Source: a virus
Reading direction: 5' to 3' (one strand)
Virus record (IMG/VR): IMGVR_UViG_3300030329_005540
Location: 21,676 to 85,675 of that record
Length of the DNA stretch: 64,000 nt
Notes under the pieces: model-generated
Databases searched by the model: none
Told to the model about the DNA's origin: nothing
Seen by the model: the letters and a program-made list of their open reading frames with translations, nothing else
Translations under genes and position numbers: made by a program
Shown: positions 37,544 through 46,847 of the stretch, piece by piece
How positions within the stretch are numbered: position 1 is the stretch's first letter
How the letters are laid out: each line of letters starts with the position of its first letter

Positions 37544-40018
37544 TTATTGGCAACTTTCACATGTTGGGTCTAAGATACTGCAAGCTGTTGAAGCAGAAAG
37601 AGTATCATTAGAATCACTTGAGTTAATATCACCACTGTCACTAGCAGCTTCAGTTTGTGTAGATTTTTCGATTTCACTCGCGCTCTTATTTCTGAGGTAA
37701 TACGTGCTCTTTAGCCCTCTGTCTCTAGCATGCATGTAAAGATCGTTTAAATATTTTAAGGAACTTTTATTATTAAAAAGATTTAAAGATTGCCCCATGT
37801 CGATCCATTTTTGTCGTGCAGCAGCGCAGTCGATAAGTAGGAACTGGTCATGGTCAAACGCGGTTTTATACCTATTTTTAATTTCTGGTGGCAAATCACC
37901 GTTTAACCGCAGGACATCTCCATTGACGGCTTTGATCATGTCTACTAGTCGTTGATCCCAAATACCCATCTCCTTGCACTCTTTGACAAACCATTCGTTT
38001 GTGATCATGAGGTTTCCGGATTTATTTTCATATACGAATAGAACTGAAAAATCTGGCTCCACGCTTGGACTACATCCTTGAATATAAGAAATTGTGGCGG
38101 TGGGAGCAATAGCCATAGTATTGCTATTTCTCATGCCGTGAGACTTGATATGACTCCTCAACTCTTTCCAATCAACTTCTTTGCAATACTTTTTACCTCT
38201 GTGGATAATTGGTTTTTGCCCTAAGTATTCCATCAGATTTTTGTAAGTGTCTATTGGCAGTACGCCCTTATCCCATAGAGAATCCTCGAAGGAAGAGTAA
38301 CTGCCTCTCTCTTTAGAAAGCTTGGAGGAATTAAGCAAACAGTGGTAAGAAATGAACTCGTATAATTCATCTGAAAATTTAACTGTTTCCTCATCGGAAA
38401 AGCCGAGCTTGTAGCTGTGAAACACGTCAGCGAGCCCCATAACTCCTGCACCCACGGGCCGATGAGTTAAGTTGGCTTGGCGAGCTTCTTGAGTTGGATA
38501 AAAATTAAGGTCAATAACATTATCCAGCATTCTCATTTGCGTGGCGATTGTTTTAGCTAGAAGTTTAAAATCGAGCTTTCCATTTACTTTCAAATGTTCT
38601 TTGAGATTAACTGAGCTTAAATTACATACTGCGGTTTCTCCAACCTCAGTTTTTTGACCATGCTCGTATTTCGATGAGCGAGTGTGCAGGAAAATTTCCG
38701 TGCATAGATTAGAGCTATTGATTATCCCTACGTGAGAATTAGAATACCTCAAGTTGGCATTATCTTTAAAAGTCATCCAAGGATGCCCTGTTTCAAATAA
38801 CACTCGAAGCATCTTCTTCCATAGTTCTTTGGCTTTTATGATTTTGAAATTAGTGATTTCTCCCTTATCCGCCATCTTGCAATAAGCGGAATACCTCTTG
38901 TCGAACTCGTCACCCCAATGATTATGGAGATCAACATCGCTTGGGGAAAATAAATACCAATCTTGATCATCTCTCACTTTCCGTAGGAAAAGATCGGGTA
39001 GCCAGTTTGCTGTGTTTATATCGTGACAGCGACGACGTTCATCGCCAGTGTTTTTCTTTAAGTCTAAAAAATCTTCAATGTCAAGATGCCAAGGTTCGAG
39101 GTAAGCGCATCCTGCTCCGGGGCGCTTGCCGCCTTGGTTTACAGCTACTAATAAATCGTTAAAAATTTTCAACCAAGGCACGAGGCCGCTTGAAGTACCA
39201 TTCGTGCCTTTGATATGTGAGCCAGCCGATCTAAAGTTCGTAACATCAAAACCTAAACCTCCTGCATATTTCGACTTGCGAGCCTCTTGCCAAGCTCCTT
39301 CAAAAATTCCATCAATGGAATCCTCAAATGTATTTAAGTAACATGAACTAAGTTGACTCCTAACGCTGCCACTGTTGAACAGCGTTGGCGTGGAGCAGCA
39401 CATTCTGAAAGAGGAAAGAACTTCGTAAAATTCAATCGCTTTTTGTTCTCTGTTCTCTTCATTCAGGGCTAGCCCCATTGCTACGCGCATCCAAAAAGAT
39501 TGAGGAGATTCTAATCTACGCCCATCGCTATGATGAAAGTAACGATCATATAGAATTTGTAATCCAAGATATTTGAATTTAAAATCTCTTTCTAGTTTGA
39601 GCGCTTCGGATAATTTTTTGAGATCGTACTTTAAAAGGTCTTCGTTTAAAATGTTTTTATCTACAAGAAGTTTTACGTTCTTGATAAAAGACAATCTGTA
39701 TTGATGATCGAATGCGTCTTTGTCTACGCTGCTTCCAAAAACCTCTTTGTGAATATTTCCTAAAAGTAATTTCGCCGCGACGTGAGAGTAATTTGGTTCT
39801 TTGTCGATCTTGGTTCGCGCCGACATGATCAGAGCTTTGTCGATTTCCACGGTGGTAATCTTTTCGTAAAGCTGAACGTTGGCATCCAGAACCACTTCAC
39901 TAGCGGAGACATCTTCTAGGTCAGCACATGCTCGCTCAACACATAAATTAATTTTGTTGATATCGAGTTTTTGAAGCCTACCATTCCTTTTCTTAACGTG
40001 TGCGACCTTAGTATTCAT
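37544..40018 (-). CDS. nrdA: Ribonucleotide reductase alpha subunit with ATP cone
   Basis: VKKRNG, STPTLFN, QLSSC, NQGGKRPG, SNLCTEI, AIAPTA, C-terminal CxxC. Confidence 0.96.
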   Translation of the reverse strand: MNTKVAHVKKRNGRLQKLDINKINLCVERACADLEDVSASEVVLDANVQLYEKITTVEIDKALIMSARTKIDKEPNYSHVAAKLLLGNIHKEVFGSSVDKDAFDHQYRLSFIKNVKLLVDKNILNEDLLKYDLKKLSEALKLERDFKFKYLGLQILYDRYFHHSDGRRLESPQSFWMRVAMGLALNEENREQKAIEFYEVLSSFRMCCSTPTLFNSGSVRSQLSSCYLNTFEDSIDGIFEGAWQEARKSKYAGGLGFDVTNFRSAGSHIKGTNGTSSGLVPWLKIFNDLLVAVNQGGKRPGAGCAYLEPWHLDIEDFLDLKKNTGDERRRCHDINTANWLPDLFLRKVRDDQDWYLFSPSDVDLHNHWGDEFDKRYSAYCKMADKGEITNFKIIKAKELWKKMLRVLFETGHPWMTFKDNANLRYSNSHVGIINSSNLCTEIFLHTRSSKYEHGQKTEVGETAVCNLSSVNLKEHLKVNGKLDFKLLAKTIATQMRMLDNVIDLNFYPTQEARQANLTHRPVGAGVMGLADVFHSYKLGFSDEETVKFSDELYEFISYHCLLNSSKLSKERGSYSSFEDSLWDKGVLPIDTYKNLMEYLGQKPIIHRGKKYCKEVDWKELRSHIKSHGMRNSNTMAIAPTATISYIQGCSPSVEPDFSVLFVYENKSGNLMITNEWFVKECKEMGIWDQRLVDMIKAVNGDVLRLNGDLPPEIKNRYKTAFDHDQFLLIDCAAARQKWIDMGQSLNLFNNKSSLKYLNDLYMHARDRGLKSTYYLRNKSASEIEKSTQTEAASDSGDINSSDSNDTLSASTACSILDPTCESCQ

Positions 40019-40033
40019 TGACTTTGTAAGACA

Positions 40034-40062
40034 ATATTACATCAAACTTTGGCCTACGGAAA
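40034..40062 (-). promoter_or_regulatory. Class 1 promoter variant TTTCCG-taggcCAAAGTttgatg-TAATAT
   Basis: 17 bp spacer with AAAG at positions 7-10; upstream of nrdA. Confidence 0.55.
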
Positions 40063-40087
40063 GAAAAAAATGTTATAAACGAAAAAA

Positions 40088-40435
40088 TTATCGTTTCGGA
40101 TCGTCTTGATGCTTCATACCGTTTCTTTTTTCGCTATATTTTTTGAAAAAGTCTTTTTTAAGTGGATCGTGACCCATTTCTTTTTTTCTTTTTTCACTCG
40201 CAGCGGCAGACTCATCCCATAGCTGACCCATCGTCATACCCTTGTCTCTAGTTTTTTCAACAAAGTCTCTTGGTGAAAAAGCGTCCATCTTACCGTCAAC
40301 CACGGCGGCGGGGGAAGTAAAAATTCTATTCCATTTAACTCCGCAGTCATCGACGTAAACGTGTTCGTCGGTCATTCTCTGAAGAACTTCTTGAACCTCT
40401 TGGGTTTCTGGGTGTTGATATAAATAAAAAGGCAT
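40088..40435 (-). CDS. FmdB-like small regulatory protein
   Basis: MPFYLYQHPET...E..QRM...W.RIFTSP pattern. Confidence 0.55.
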   Translation of the reverse strand: MPFYLYQHPETQEVQEVLQRMTDEHVYVDDCGVKWNRIFTSPAAVVDGKMDAFSPRDFVEKTRDKGMTMGQLWDESAAASEKRKKEMGHDPLKKDFFKKYSEKRNGMKHQDDPKR

Positions 40436-41466
40436 TATAAAAAATAAGTTTTATATTCTATTGTCTCGAATGATAGTTCTCTAACTCTATCTATGGCGGA
40501 GGCTTGATCAAAAAAGCAATACTCTTCCATATACCAATACAAAAATTTTCTGTTAGATTCTCTGTTATACCATGATAAGTCTACGGCTCGATTAATTTCA
40601 ACTAATTTTCTTAAATCGTAAGTTACCCAATGGTACTCTGGGTGGCAAAATGAAATAATCGGCTTGTCATACATCATCGCCTCGAAGCCCGCGCCAGAAT
40701 TGCCGACAACCACACATTTACAATGAGGTAGGAAAGCATGAATAGAAGTAAAATCATCATAGACAATAACATTATTTGATATAGATTGTATTCTTTGTTT
40801 TAGCGGAGTTTTAATATCTGGGTTGTTCTTCTTGTGCATTGGCCCATTTGTATATGGGTGTAGTTTAACAATTATTTTATCCGTGGTAACTTTGGATAAC
40901 TCTTCGACCACCGCACACAGCTTGTCGAAATATCCACCAAAGTCTTGCCTTGTAACTACTGAATCTCCACTACATTGCCCAACAACTAAGTAAAAATTAC
41001 GATGAGGGATATCTCCCTCGTGAAAATGTTTAGCTCCCCACTTGGAAGAAAGGTTCTCCTTCCAGTGCTTTACTTTAGTGTTAAAAAAATGATCCACGTT
41101 TACAGCAGGAACGTTTTCGTAGTCTGGTCGGTCATAAGTTATCGAAGAAAACGAACCGTATCCTAACTCATCCAAAGTAGATTGGTTTAAGTCGGGTACT
41201 GTAGGCTTGAAGAACCATCGAGTTTCAACTTCGGGAGAGAAATCTTCTCTTAAAGATTCATAATAATCACAATGATTATAGATAGCTACATCGTATTTTA
41301 TTTCCGTGGAGTGAAGGCGTGTCCCATCGAAGTGGTTTTTGAAGTCTGAGTGCTTATAGGTTTCATAACCAACCTCTTCGAGAGCGTTGGCGATCCATTG
41401 CATCCTTACTAGCCAATCCGTATCGAAATCATCATATCGGTAAGGGCATATTAATGCACGTTTCAT
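40435..41466 (-). CDS. KpsS/KpsC-like capsule polysaccharide glycosyltransferase
   Basis: VVGQCSGDS, IVKLHP, VGNSGAGFEAMMYDKP. Confidence 0.75.
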   Translation of the reverse strand: MKRALICPYRYDDFDTDWLVRMQWIANALEEVGYETYKHSDFKNHFDGTRLHSTEIKYDVAIYNHCDYYESLREDFSPEVETRWFFKPTVPDLNQSTLDELGYGSFSSITYDRPDYENVPAVNVDHFFNTKVKHWKENLSSKWGAKHFHEGDIPHRNFYLVVGQCSGDSVVTRQDFGGYFDKLCAVVEELSKVTTDKIIVKLHPYTNGPMHKKNNPDIKTPLKQRIQSISNNVIVYDDFTSIHAFLPHCKCVVVGNSGAGFEAMMYDKPIISFCHPEYHWVTYDLRKLVEINRAVDLSWYNRESNRKFLYWYMEEYCFFDQASAIDRVRELSFETIEYKTYFL

Positions 41467-42551
41467 TTAAGGCTTTCTAAGTGCTCTAGAATTTTATCGA
41501 GTGTCTTAGAGTAGCTGAATTCATTACCTGTTTCGATTCCTTTTTGATTTACTGGATCATCCTTGACTCGTTGAATCGCTTTTTCGCAAGCCTCTAAGAA
41601 GTCTTCGTCTTTAAAGTCGAAAATATTCCCTTGATTAAACGGCGCTCCTTGTTGAAAAAATCTTCCATCAACAGCAGGAATTTTGCCGTTTGGTTTAACT
41701 AACACGGAGTTGTCCGCGTTTGCCCAAGACTTATAACCGTTGCAATCTAAAATAACCGAGTGCTTACCCAAGCAAACGGATTGGAACTCTGGGAGACCCC
41801 ATCCTTCGCCGCCAGACATTCCTATTACAATGTTTCCAGCGTTTAGATAATCATTGTACAACTCGTTTTGAGGCATGTAGCTCAATAAATTAATATTAAA
41901 ATACCGGCGACCATCTAGGGCTTGGTTGATTATAGAGGAGTTTTCCTCGGGGCTTAGGAAGTGGTTGTAAAGAGAGCAGTTTAAAAAGTATTCTTTCTTG
42001 TCTCCGTATTTTTCAGCCCAAAGTTTTAAAATTCTATGATGATGCTTTCTCTTCTCGAATTTACCAACTAAATTAAATGTAATTCTTCCGTCGTTAAAAT
42101 ATTTTTTATTAGTGGGGTAAAAGTTGTGAGTGTCAAACCCTACGGGAAGATATTCTGTTTCAGCACCGTTTTGATTAAAAACGTCACAAGCATATTGAGA
42201 CGAGAATAATGTTTTGGCGTTATTCTTTGCGATGTTTACTTCGTAAGGAGTAGGAGAATCTAGCTCATAGTAAGTTAAGAGAACCTGCTTTTCGCTGTAT
42301 GATTCAAGAGAACCGTTTAGATGCCACAGTTTAAAGATGGGGTTTTTTCTATTGTGATCTTTGGCGGCTTTCTCTAAGCAGCCTTTGAGCCATTTTTCGA
42401 ATTCGGGATCAGACTTTTGAGCCGATGGATCGACATCCCCTACGGGGAAAAGACAGGGCTCCAATCCCCTTCGGTATGCCTCTCGCAAAATCGCGAGAGA
42501 CAATTGACCGAAGGAGACGGAGTTGACAGGTAAGTGAAAAGCTAATTGCAT
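41463..42551 (-). CDS. GT4 glycosyltransferase
   Basis: VGKFEKRK, SGGEGWGLPEFQS. Confidence 0.85.
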   Translation of the reverse strand: MQLAFHLPVNSVSFGQLSLAILREAYRRGLEPCLFPVGDVDPSAQKSDPEFEKWLKGCLEKAAKDHNRKNPIFKLWHLNGSLESYSEKQVLLTYYELDSPTPYEVNIAKNNAKTLFSSQYACDVFNQNGAETEYLPVGFDTHNFYPTNKKYFNDGRITFNLVGKFEKRKHHHRILKLWAEKYGDKKEYFLNCSLYNHFLSPEENSSIINQALDGRRYFNINLLSYMPQNELYNDYLNAGNIVIGMSGGEGWGLPEFQSVCLGKHSVILDCNGYKSWANADNSVLVKPNGKIPAVDGRFFQQGAPFNQGNIFDFKDEDFLEACEKAIQRVKDDPVNQKGIETGNEFSYSKTLDKILEHLESLK

Positions 42552-42555
42552 GTTA

Positions 42556-42843
42556 TTACATTAGCTCTTCAGATACCTCACTAGGGCTAGGATCGGCGTT
42601 GGAGACCGCTGCTTTCGCGGTATCCGCATTAAGAGGCTTGGATTTATACACCCTGTAATCGGGGTGATTATCAGACGTTTTACTCTTATTGGTAAAAACG
42701 ACTACTTTTCCTAGTCCCTCAACGTGGCCAGCCAAATAGGTCTGACCACCGTTCTGAGCCTTCCGCTTCCAGAATGCGCCAACTTCTTCGTTGTCGAATT
42801 TCTTTTGCGGATTACTTGTGGTTTTCGTTTCGGTATCACTCAT
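42556..42843 (-). CDS. DUF736-like putative ssDNA-binding protein
   Basis: EVGAFWKR...TYLAG...HPDYRVY; acidic tail. Confidence 0.6.
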   Translation of the reverse strand: MSDTETKTTSNPQKKFDNEEVGAFWKRKAQNGGQTYLAGHVEGLGKVVVFTNKSKTSDNHPDYRVYKSKPLNADTAKAAVSNADPSPSEVSEELM

Positions 42844-42853
42844 AACAATAACT

Positions 42854-42882
42854 ACTATAAACTACGCTTTAAGGTTTGTCAA
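42854..42882 (-). promoter_or_regulatory. Class 1 promoter TTGACA-aacctTAAAGCgtagtt-TATAGT
   Basis: 17 bp spacer with fixed TAAAGC. Confidence 0.8.
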
Positions 42883-43482
42883 CTAAATTAATTCAGAAAA
42901 TTGTTTTGATTTAAATTTTGTTTCTAGCATTCTGCGACCCTTTTCGTGTAGGTTGATTGCTGTCTGCGTGCTAACCTTAATTTCTTTTCCTATCTTTTGC
43001 CAAGTCTTTTTTTGCTTAGAGTCAGCAAAATATCGCAGCATAAAAACTTTCTTTATTCTTACGTCTTTCATTTGATCGAGCAGGTTGATAACGTACTCTC
43101 TAAGCTCGTCATTTTTACCGCTCTCGTCTTCTTCGGCTTCGGCCTCTCTATGATAATTAAGCTTGTCGTCTTCCATGCACACATACTTCTTCTCGCCGTT
43201 GATTAAATTAAGGCAGTAGTATCTTGTGAAATTGCCAAGCCAAGTAGAAAATTTAACCTTCTTATCTGGATCAAATTTTAAAATGGATTTATAAATAATG
43301 AAGTCTTTTTCGTTTTTTATATCGTCGTAGGAAATACCATTTGCTGCTAAAGAGGAATGGTATCTTTTGTAGATAGTAAAGCAGAGAGGGGTATGCCTTT
43401 CGATTAGCGCTTTAAGGCTTTCTTCGCAGGATTTTTTCTTTACTTTCTTTATTAAATCTATGTCGTCTTGTTTCCCAACCAC
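42883..43482 (-). CDS. Phage sigma70-family factor
   Basis: Region 2 FDPDKKVKFSTW; region 4 HTH TWQKIGKEIKVSTQTA. Confidence 0.85.
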   Translation of the reverse strand: MVGKQDDIDLIKKVKKKSCEESLKALIERHTPLCFTIYKRYHSSLAANGISYDDIKNEKDFIIYKSILKFDPDKKVKFSTWLGNFTRYYCLNLINGEKKYVCMEDDKLNYHREAEAEEDESGKNDELREYVINLLDQMKDVRIKKVFMLRYFADSKQKKTWQKIGKEIKVSTQTAINLHEKGRRMLETKFKSKQFSELI

Positions 43483-43943
43483 TTATATATGATGTTTTTA
43501 CTATCGAAATATTTTAATTTTTTTTTATTTTGTATAGATAATACATCAAAATCCCTACAATTAAGTAGTTTTTGGGGCATGGACAATATTTTGAGCCCGT
43601 TTTCTATGTCTATTTTTTTAGGGGAGGAATAATGAGAATATTTGAAAGGTAATTTTTCATTTATTTTCTTGGGGTTCCTGAAGCTATCCATTTCTTTTAA
43701 ATCTAATATAAAATTACACAAGTAAAAAGAATCTCCGAGTTTATCATCAACTCTTAAAAATGATGTAATAAAAGAAAATTCCCGATGAATAAGCTCTTCG
43801 GGAAATTTATAGATATTATTACTTTTATACCGGCAAGGATTGGTGTTTGTGGCCATAAACAGGGGCTTAACTTCGAATCCGTTAGCCAGCATGTGCTGTG
43901 GAACCAAATACTTATATGTGAAATCTATCGACTCTTCATCCAT
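43458..43943 (-). CDS. Hypothetical protein
   Basis: 161 aa ORF overlapping both neighbours. Confidence 0.55.
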   Translation of the reverse strand: MDEESIDFTYKYLVPQHMLANGFEVKPLFMATNTNPCRYKSNNIYKFPEELIHREFSFITSFLRVDDKLGDSFYLCNFILDLKEMDSFRNPKKINEKLPFKYSHYSSPKKIDIENGLKILSMPQKLLNCRDFDVLSIQNKKKLKYFDSKNIIYKWLGNKTT

Positions 43944-44554
43944 TCTAGGAAGTCTTCTACGTAATTATTTAGATTTTTACGTAACTCTTCCTCGGGGCAA
44001 TCTATCATCGGCCATTCCACTGTATAATCGGCAGCATCTTTTAATCGAGGATCATTCCTAGCCTCTTCACTATTTGCAGGAGGCGTAAAAACCTTATCTA
44101 TTTTAAAATCCCGCTGCTCTTTTTCTAATAAAACGAAGGGTTGGTCATAAAGAGAGACATGAACCAAAGAACCTTTAAGCTCATTTTTTAACCAGTAAAG
44201 TTCATCTTTTTCGAAATCACAATATCTTATGTCAGTAACTACCAAGTAATCGATTTCTGGCCCAACCATATTGAGTAAAGAGATTTTTTTATGAGCTTTT
44301 TCAATCCAGTATCGGCCTTGAGTTTGTTGACGTTTCTGTGTTCCGTGAAAAACTAAGAAAGGTCTAATTATTTCTTTTTCCTCGCGAGTACAAGAAACGG
44401 GATCAATACCGTAGTGTTCGATGCACCATGACCGGACATCATTTTTTAATTCGTCGGCCAAAGAAAGTCGTTTGCACTTAATTTTTTCTTTTAGAATAGA
44501 GAAAAACGTATCTTTTCCACATCCTGCTACTCCAGTTAGTCCGATTATCTTCAT
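43925..44554 (-). CDS. Deoxynucleoside monophosphate kinase
   Basis: IIGLTGVAGCGKDT, LADELK, R..L..HGT, VTDIRY. Confidence 0.85.
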   Translation of the reverse strand: MKIIGLTGVAGCGKDTFFSILKEKIKCKRLSLADELKNDVRSWCIEHYGIDPVSCTREEKEIIRPFLVFHGTQKRQQTQGRYWIEKAHKKISLLNMVGPEIDYLVVTDIRYCDFEKDELYWLKNELKGSLVHVSLYDQPFVLLEKEQRDFKIDKVFTPPANSEEARNDPRLKDAADYTVEWPMIDCPEEELRKNLNNYVEDFLEWMKSR

Positions 44555-44599
44555 ACTTTAGTTCTACGTATATAATTTTAATTAAATTTCAATAAATTG

Positions 44600-44993
44600 C
44601 AACTGCGTAATCTGTTTACGTGAAACTTTCCTTTAGGAAATAAGACACAAAACCCCCGTTAGGGGGCTTCGTGCTTTACGTTACAAACTTTCCTTTTAGG
44701 GCCAATTTGTTTTATGCTGGAGGCAACCAGCGGACATTACACGACTAACAAATCCGTTAGAACTACCTACCATATAGGGAGAGGAACTGTGCTTAAAACC
44801 TCTGTTACGGTAGTCAACCACAACACGCCGGGGCGATGCGATGAGAGTTACTCATCAGTTTTTTTAAAACTTTCCGTGTAAGAAAGTGCCTGTCTTTCGA
44901 GCAGAGGTGATGGCGCACCTTCCGCGATGGCTGCTCTTAGATAAACCGTTCCGCTGTTAGCTCGGTGGATAAAGGGGTCGAACCTTTTTCTAT
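44600..44993 (-). ncRNA. Unidentified long structured RNA (or RNA-primed origin region)
   Basis: No ORF of 60 aa or more; dedicated class 1 promoter; multiple hairpins, one closing with G:U pairs only on the minus strand. Confidence 0.55.
44615..44700. repeat. Imperfect direct repeats TTTACG(TG/TTAC)AAACTTTCCTTT(T)AGG flanking a 12 bp hairpin
   Basis: Copies at 44615-44637 and 44675-44700; a third AAACTTTCC core at 44867-44875. Confidence 0.75.
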
Positions 44994-44999
44994 GAGCCA

Positions 45000-45028
45000 A
45001 CAATAAGGGAGGCTTTAGATGTTGTCAA
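45000..45028 (-). promoter_or_regulatory. Class 1 promoter TTGACA-acatcTAAAGCctccct-TATTGT
   Basis: 17 bp spacer with fixed TAAAGC; no ORF for about 440 nt downstream. Confidence 0.75.
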
Positions 45029-45483
45029 TCTTTTTTTTCGTCGGGGCCAAGATTGAACCATGACTCCATATTATCTTTATCTGCCTCTGGCGTCGGTTTT
45101 ACGGATTTGTAGAGCATCACAAGATTTCCGATATCTGTATCTCGAATTGATGTTGGGTCGCACCTGTCCGTATCATCTTTGATGATGTCGCAAAAAGAAT
45201 TGATTTCTTCAGCAATGGCTTGAGCCAGCGGGGCGTGGAGGGTTATCGTTTGCTCAAACGAGGAGTAAGGTCTTTTGAGAATCCAAAATTCTTTATCGCC
45301 ATGCTCCTTTTTCACAATCATCTCATGCTTTTCTAGCTCCTCCAAGGCAGCCTCTAAACAAGCTTTATCGACATCAATATCTTCAGACAAGGGAATAATC
45401 TTCTTAAAGTCTTTTTCCGCTAAAAAAACGTCATTTTCAGCGTACCATCCATATAATTTCTCCGAAACTTCTAAAACTGTCAT
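45025..45483 (-). CDS. Hypothetical acidic protein (possible wHTH-like N-terminus)
   Basis: 152 aa ORF; AALEELEKHEMIVK...FWIL wing-like segment. Confidence 0.5.
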   Translation of the reverse strand: MTVLEVSEKLYGWYAENDVFLAEKDFKKIIPLSEDIDVDKACLEAALEELEKHEMIVKKEHGDKEFWILKRPYSSFEQTITLHAPLAQAIAEEINSFCDIIKDDTDRCDPTSIRDTDIGNLVMLYKSVKPTPEADKDNMESWFNLGPDEKKD

Positions 45484-45528
45484 ATCAGTTATAATATGAT
45501 ATTTTTTAAGATAACTCTATTTTTTTTA

Positions 45529-45556
45529 TTGCAATGGCGGCAATTAAACGTATAAT
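45529..45556 (+). promoter_or_regulatory. Sigma70-type promoter TTGCAA-N16-TATAAT at the strand switch
   Basis: Perfect -10 located 8 nt before the ATG at 45565. Confidence 0.6.
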
Positions 45557-45564
45557 AATTAAGT

Positions 45565-45807
45565 ATGAATGAAGAAAAAGAGAAGCTGGGGAGAGGTAGA
45601 CCGGGATATGACTTATCTTGGCCCGAAGAAACATTTACGGCACAGCAAATTTACACAGCTTTAGAGGGTAAGCTCTCAAGAGTTTCAGTACACGCCAAGA
45701 TTAACAAGGCTCTAGAAAGAGGAGAGCTTCAGCTAGTCGGTAAAGTTAAGCCGAAAACAGGAAGACCTTGTATCGTCTACAAAAAGACGCCTGAAACAAA
45801 TGGCTAG
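45565..45807 (+). CDS. Winged-helix DNA-binding protein
   Basis: FTAQQIY...LSRVSVHAKINK..ERGEL...GRPCIVY. Confidence 0.7.
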   Translation: MNEEKEKLGRGRPGYDLSWPEETFTAQQIYTALEGKLSRVSVHAKINKALERGELQLVGKVKPKTGRPCIVYKKTPETNG

Positions 45808-46210
45808 AATTTCTTGGAAGGAATATGCATTGCGTTTAGCGGAGACCGCTGCGCTCAGAAGTGAAGACCCCTATCGCAAAGTCGGGGCTTGCGCTTTAGA
45901 CTCTAATCGTAGAGTTTTAGCTCTAGGATATAATGGTTTAGCTTCTGGAAAAAATGCTCCAGCTTTTTCATTTTGGAATGACAGGGATGCAAGACGGCCA
46001 TTCATGATTCACGCAGAGGTGAATTGCTTGTCAATGGTAAACGTTGGTGAATGCAGACTTTTAGCGGTTAACCTTTTACCCTGCTCATCTTGCGCTCAGA
46101 TGATCGCCGCTTACAAAATACCCGAGATAGTTTATAGAGAAGAGTACGAAAGAGATACAACGGCTCATGAAATTTTTAAATTCTACGACATTATACTAAC
46201 CAAAAAATAA
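45800..46210 (+). CDS. dCMP deaminase
   Basis: RSEDP..KVGA, GYNG, IHAE.N, PCSSC. Confidence 0.92.
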   Translation: MARISWKEYALRLAETAALRSEDPYRKVGACALDSNRRVLALGYNGLASGKNAPAFSFWNDRDARRPFMIHAEVNCLSMVNVGECRLLAVNLLPCSSCAQMIAAYKIPEIVYREEYERDTTAHEIFKFYDIILTKK

Positions 46211-46213
46211 CCG

Positions 46214-46564
46214 ATGATTGATTTACTTTACGTTTTTGTTCCCGCCGCAATTTTATTAGTTTGGTTTGAATCAAACGCCTTTGTAGAGTATTGCAAATTA
46301 TTGCAAGTAGGATTAAAATTTTTTGGGATTGACGAGTACAAAAGCTGGCAAGATAAAGGCTTGTCTTATCCAGAATTTTTAGTTGTAAAAGATAATACAT
46401 TTTTTAACAGGTTGATTTCTTGTCCTATTTGTTTAAATTTTTGGTTGAATGTAGCTTTTATCCCCGTTTATAAAAATTTATATATATTTTGCGCGGGTTA
46501 CTGTCTATCATTATTGGTGTACTTTTTAGTGAAATTAGTAATGATTAAAGGGAGCGAGGAATGA
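46214..46564 (+). CDS. DUF1360-like membrane protein
   Basis: TM helices with LISCPICLNFW. Confidence 0.55.
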   Translation: MIDLLYVFVPAAILLVWFESNAFVEYCKLLQVGLKFFGIDEYKSWQDKGLSYPEFLVVKDNTFFNRLISCPICLNFWLNVAFIPVYKNLYIFCAGYCLSLLVYFLVKLVMIKGSEE

Positions 46565-46845
46565 CAATCGATGGGCCAGAGAAATTTGTAGAAATTTTAA
46601 GGAAGAACAACAAGCTTGTTGAAGTGATTCCGTGGGCGCAGCAAATCATCAATCTTCACGAGAATGTCAACGTCGGATGCAAATGCAATAAAAATAAAAG
46701 GATAAGAATAAGAGATGAATCCTATAAAGAAGTAGTAAAATTAGTATTAGAAAATAACAGCAACCTTTCATCGTTCATTAAAAAAGAGTTATCAGCAGAT
46801 GAAGTAATTTTTATGATCGACGAAAAAGAACTTTTAAAAATCTGA
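46561..46845 (+). CDS. Hypothetical protein
   Basis: 94 aa ORF with GCKC.K.KR. Confidence 0.55.
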   Translation: MTIDGPEKFVEILRKNNKLVEVIPWAQQIINLHENVNVGCKCNKNKRIRIRDESYKEVVKLVLENNSNLSSFIKKELSADEVIFMIDEKELLKI

Positions 46846-46847
46846 CC

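Noticed and set aside
44838-44860. Hammerhead ribozyme (CUGAUGA on the minus strand)
   Set aside because: No GAAA core after stem II; GAUGAG simply pairs with CUCAUC.
44600-44993. RNase P RNA (GGAAAGU, GAAAGUGCC, AGAUAAA fragments)
   Set aside because: The fragments lie on different strands, and the P4-forming GAGGAAAGUCC and ACAGAA...GCUUA regions are absent.
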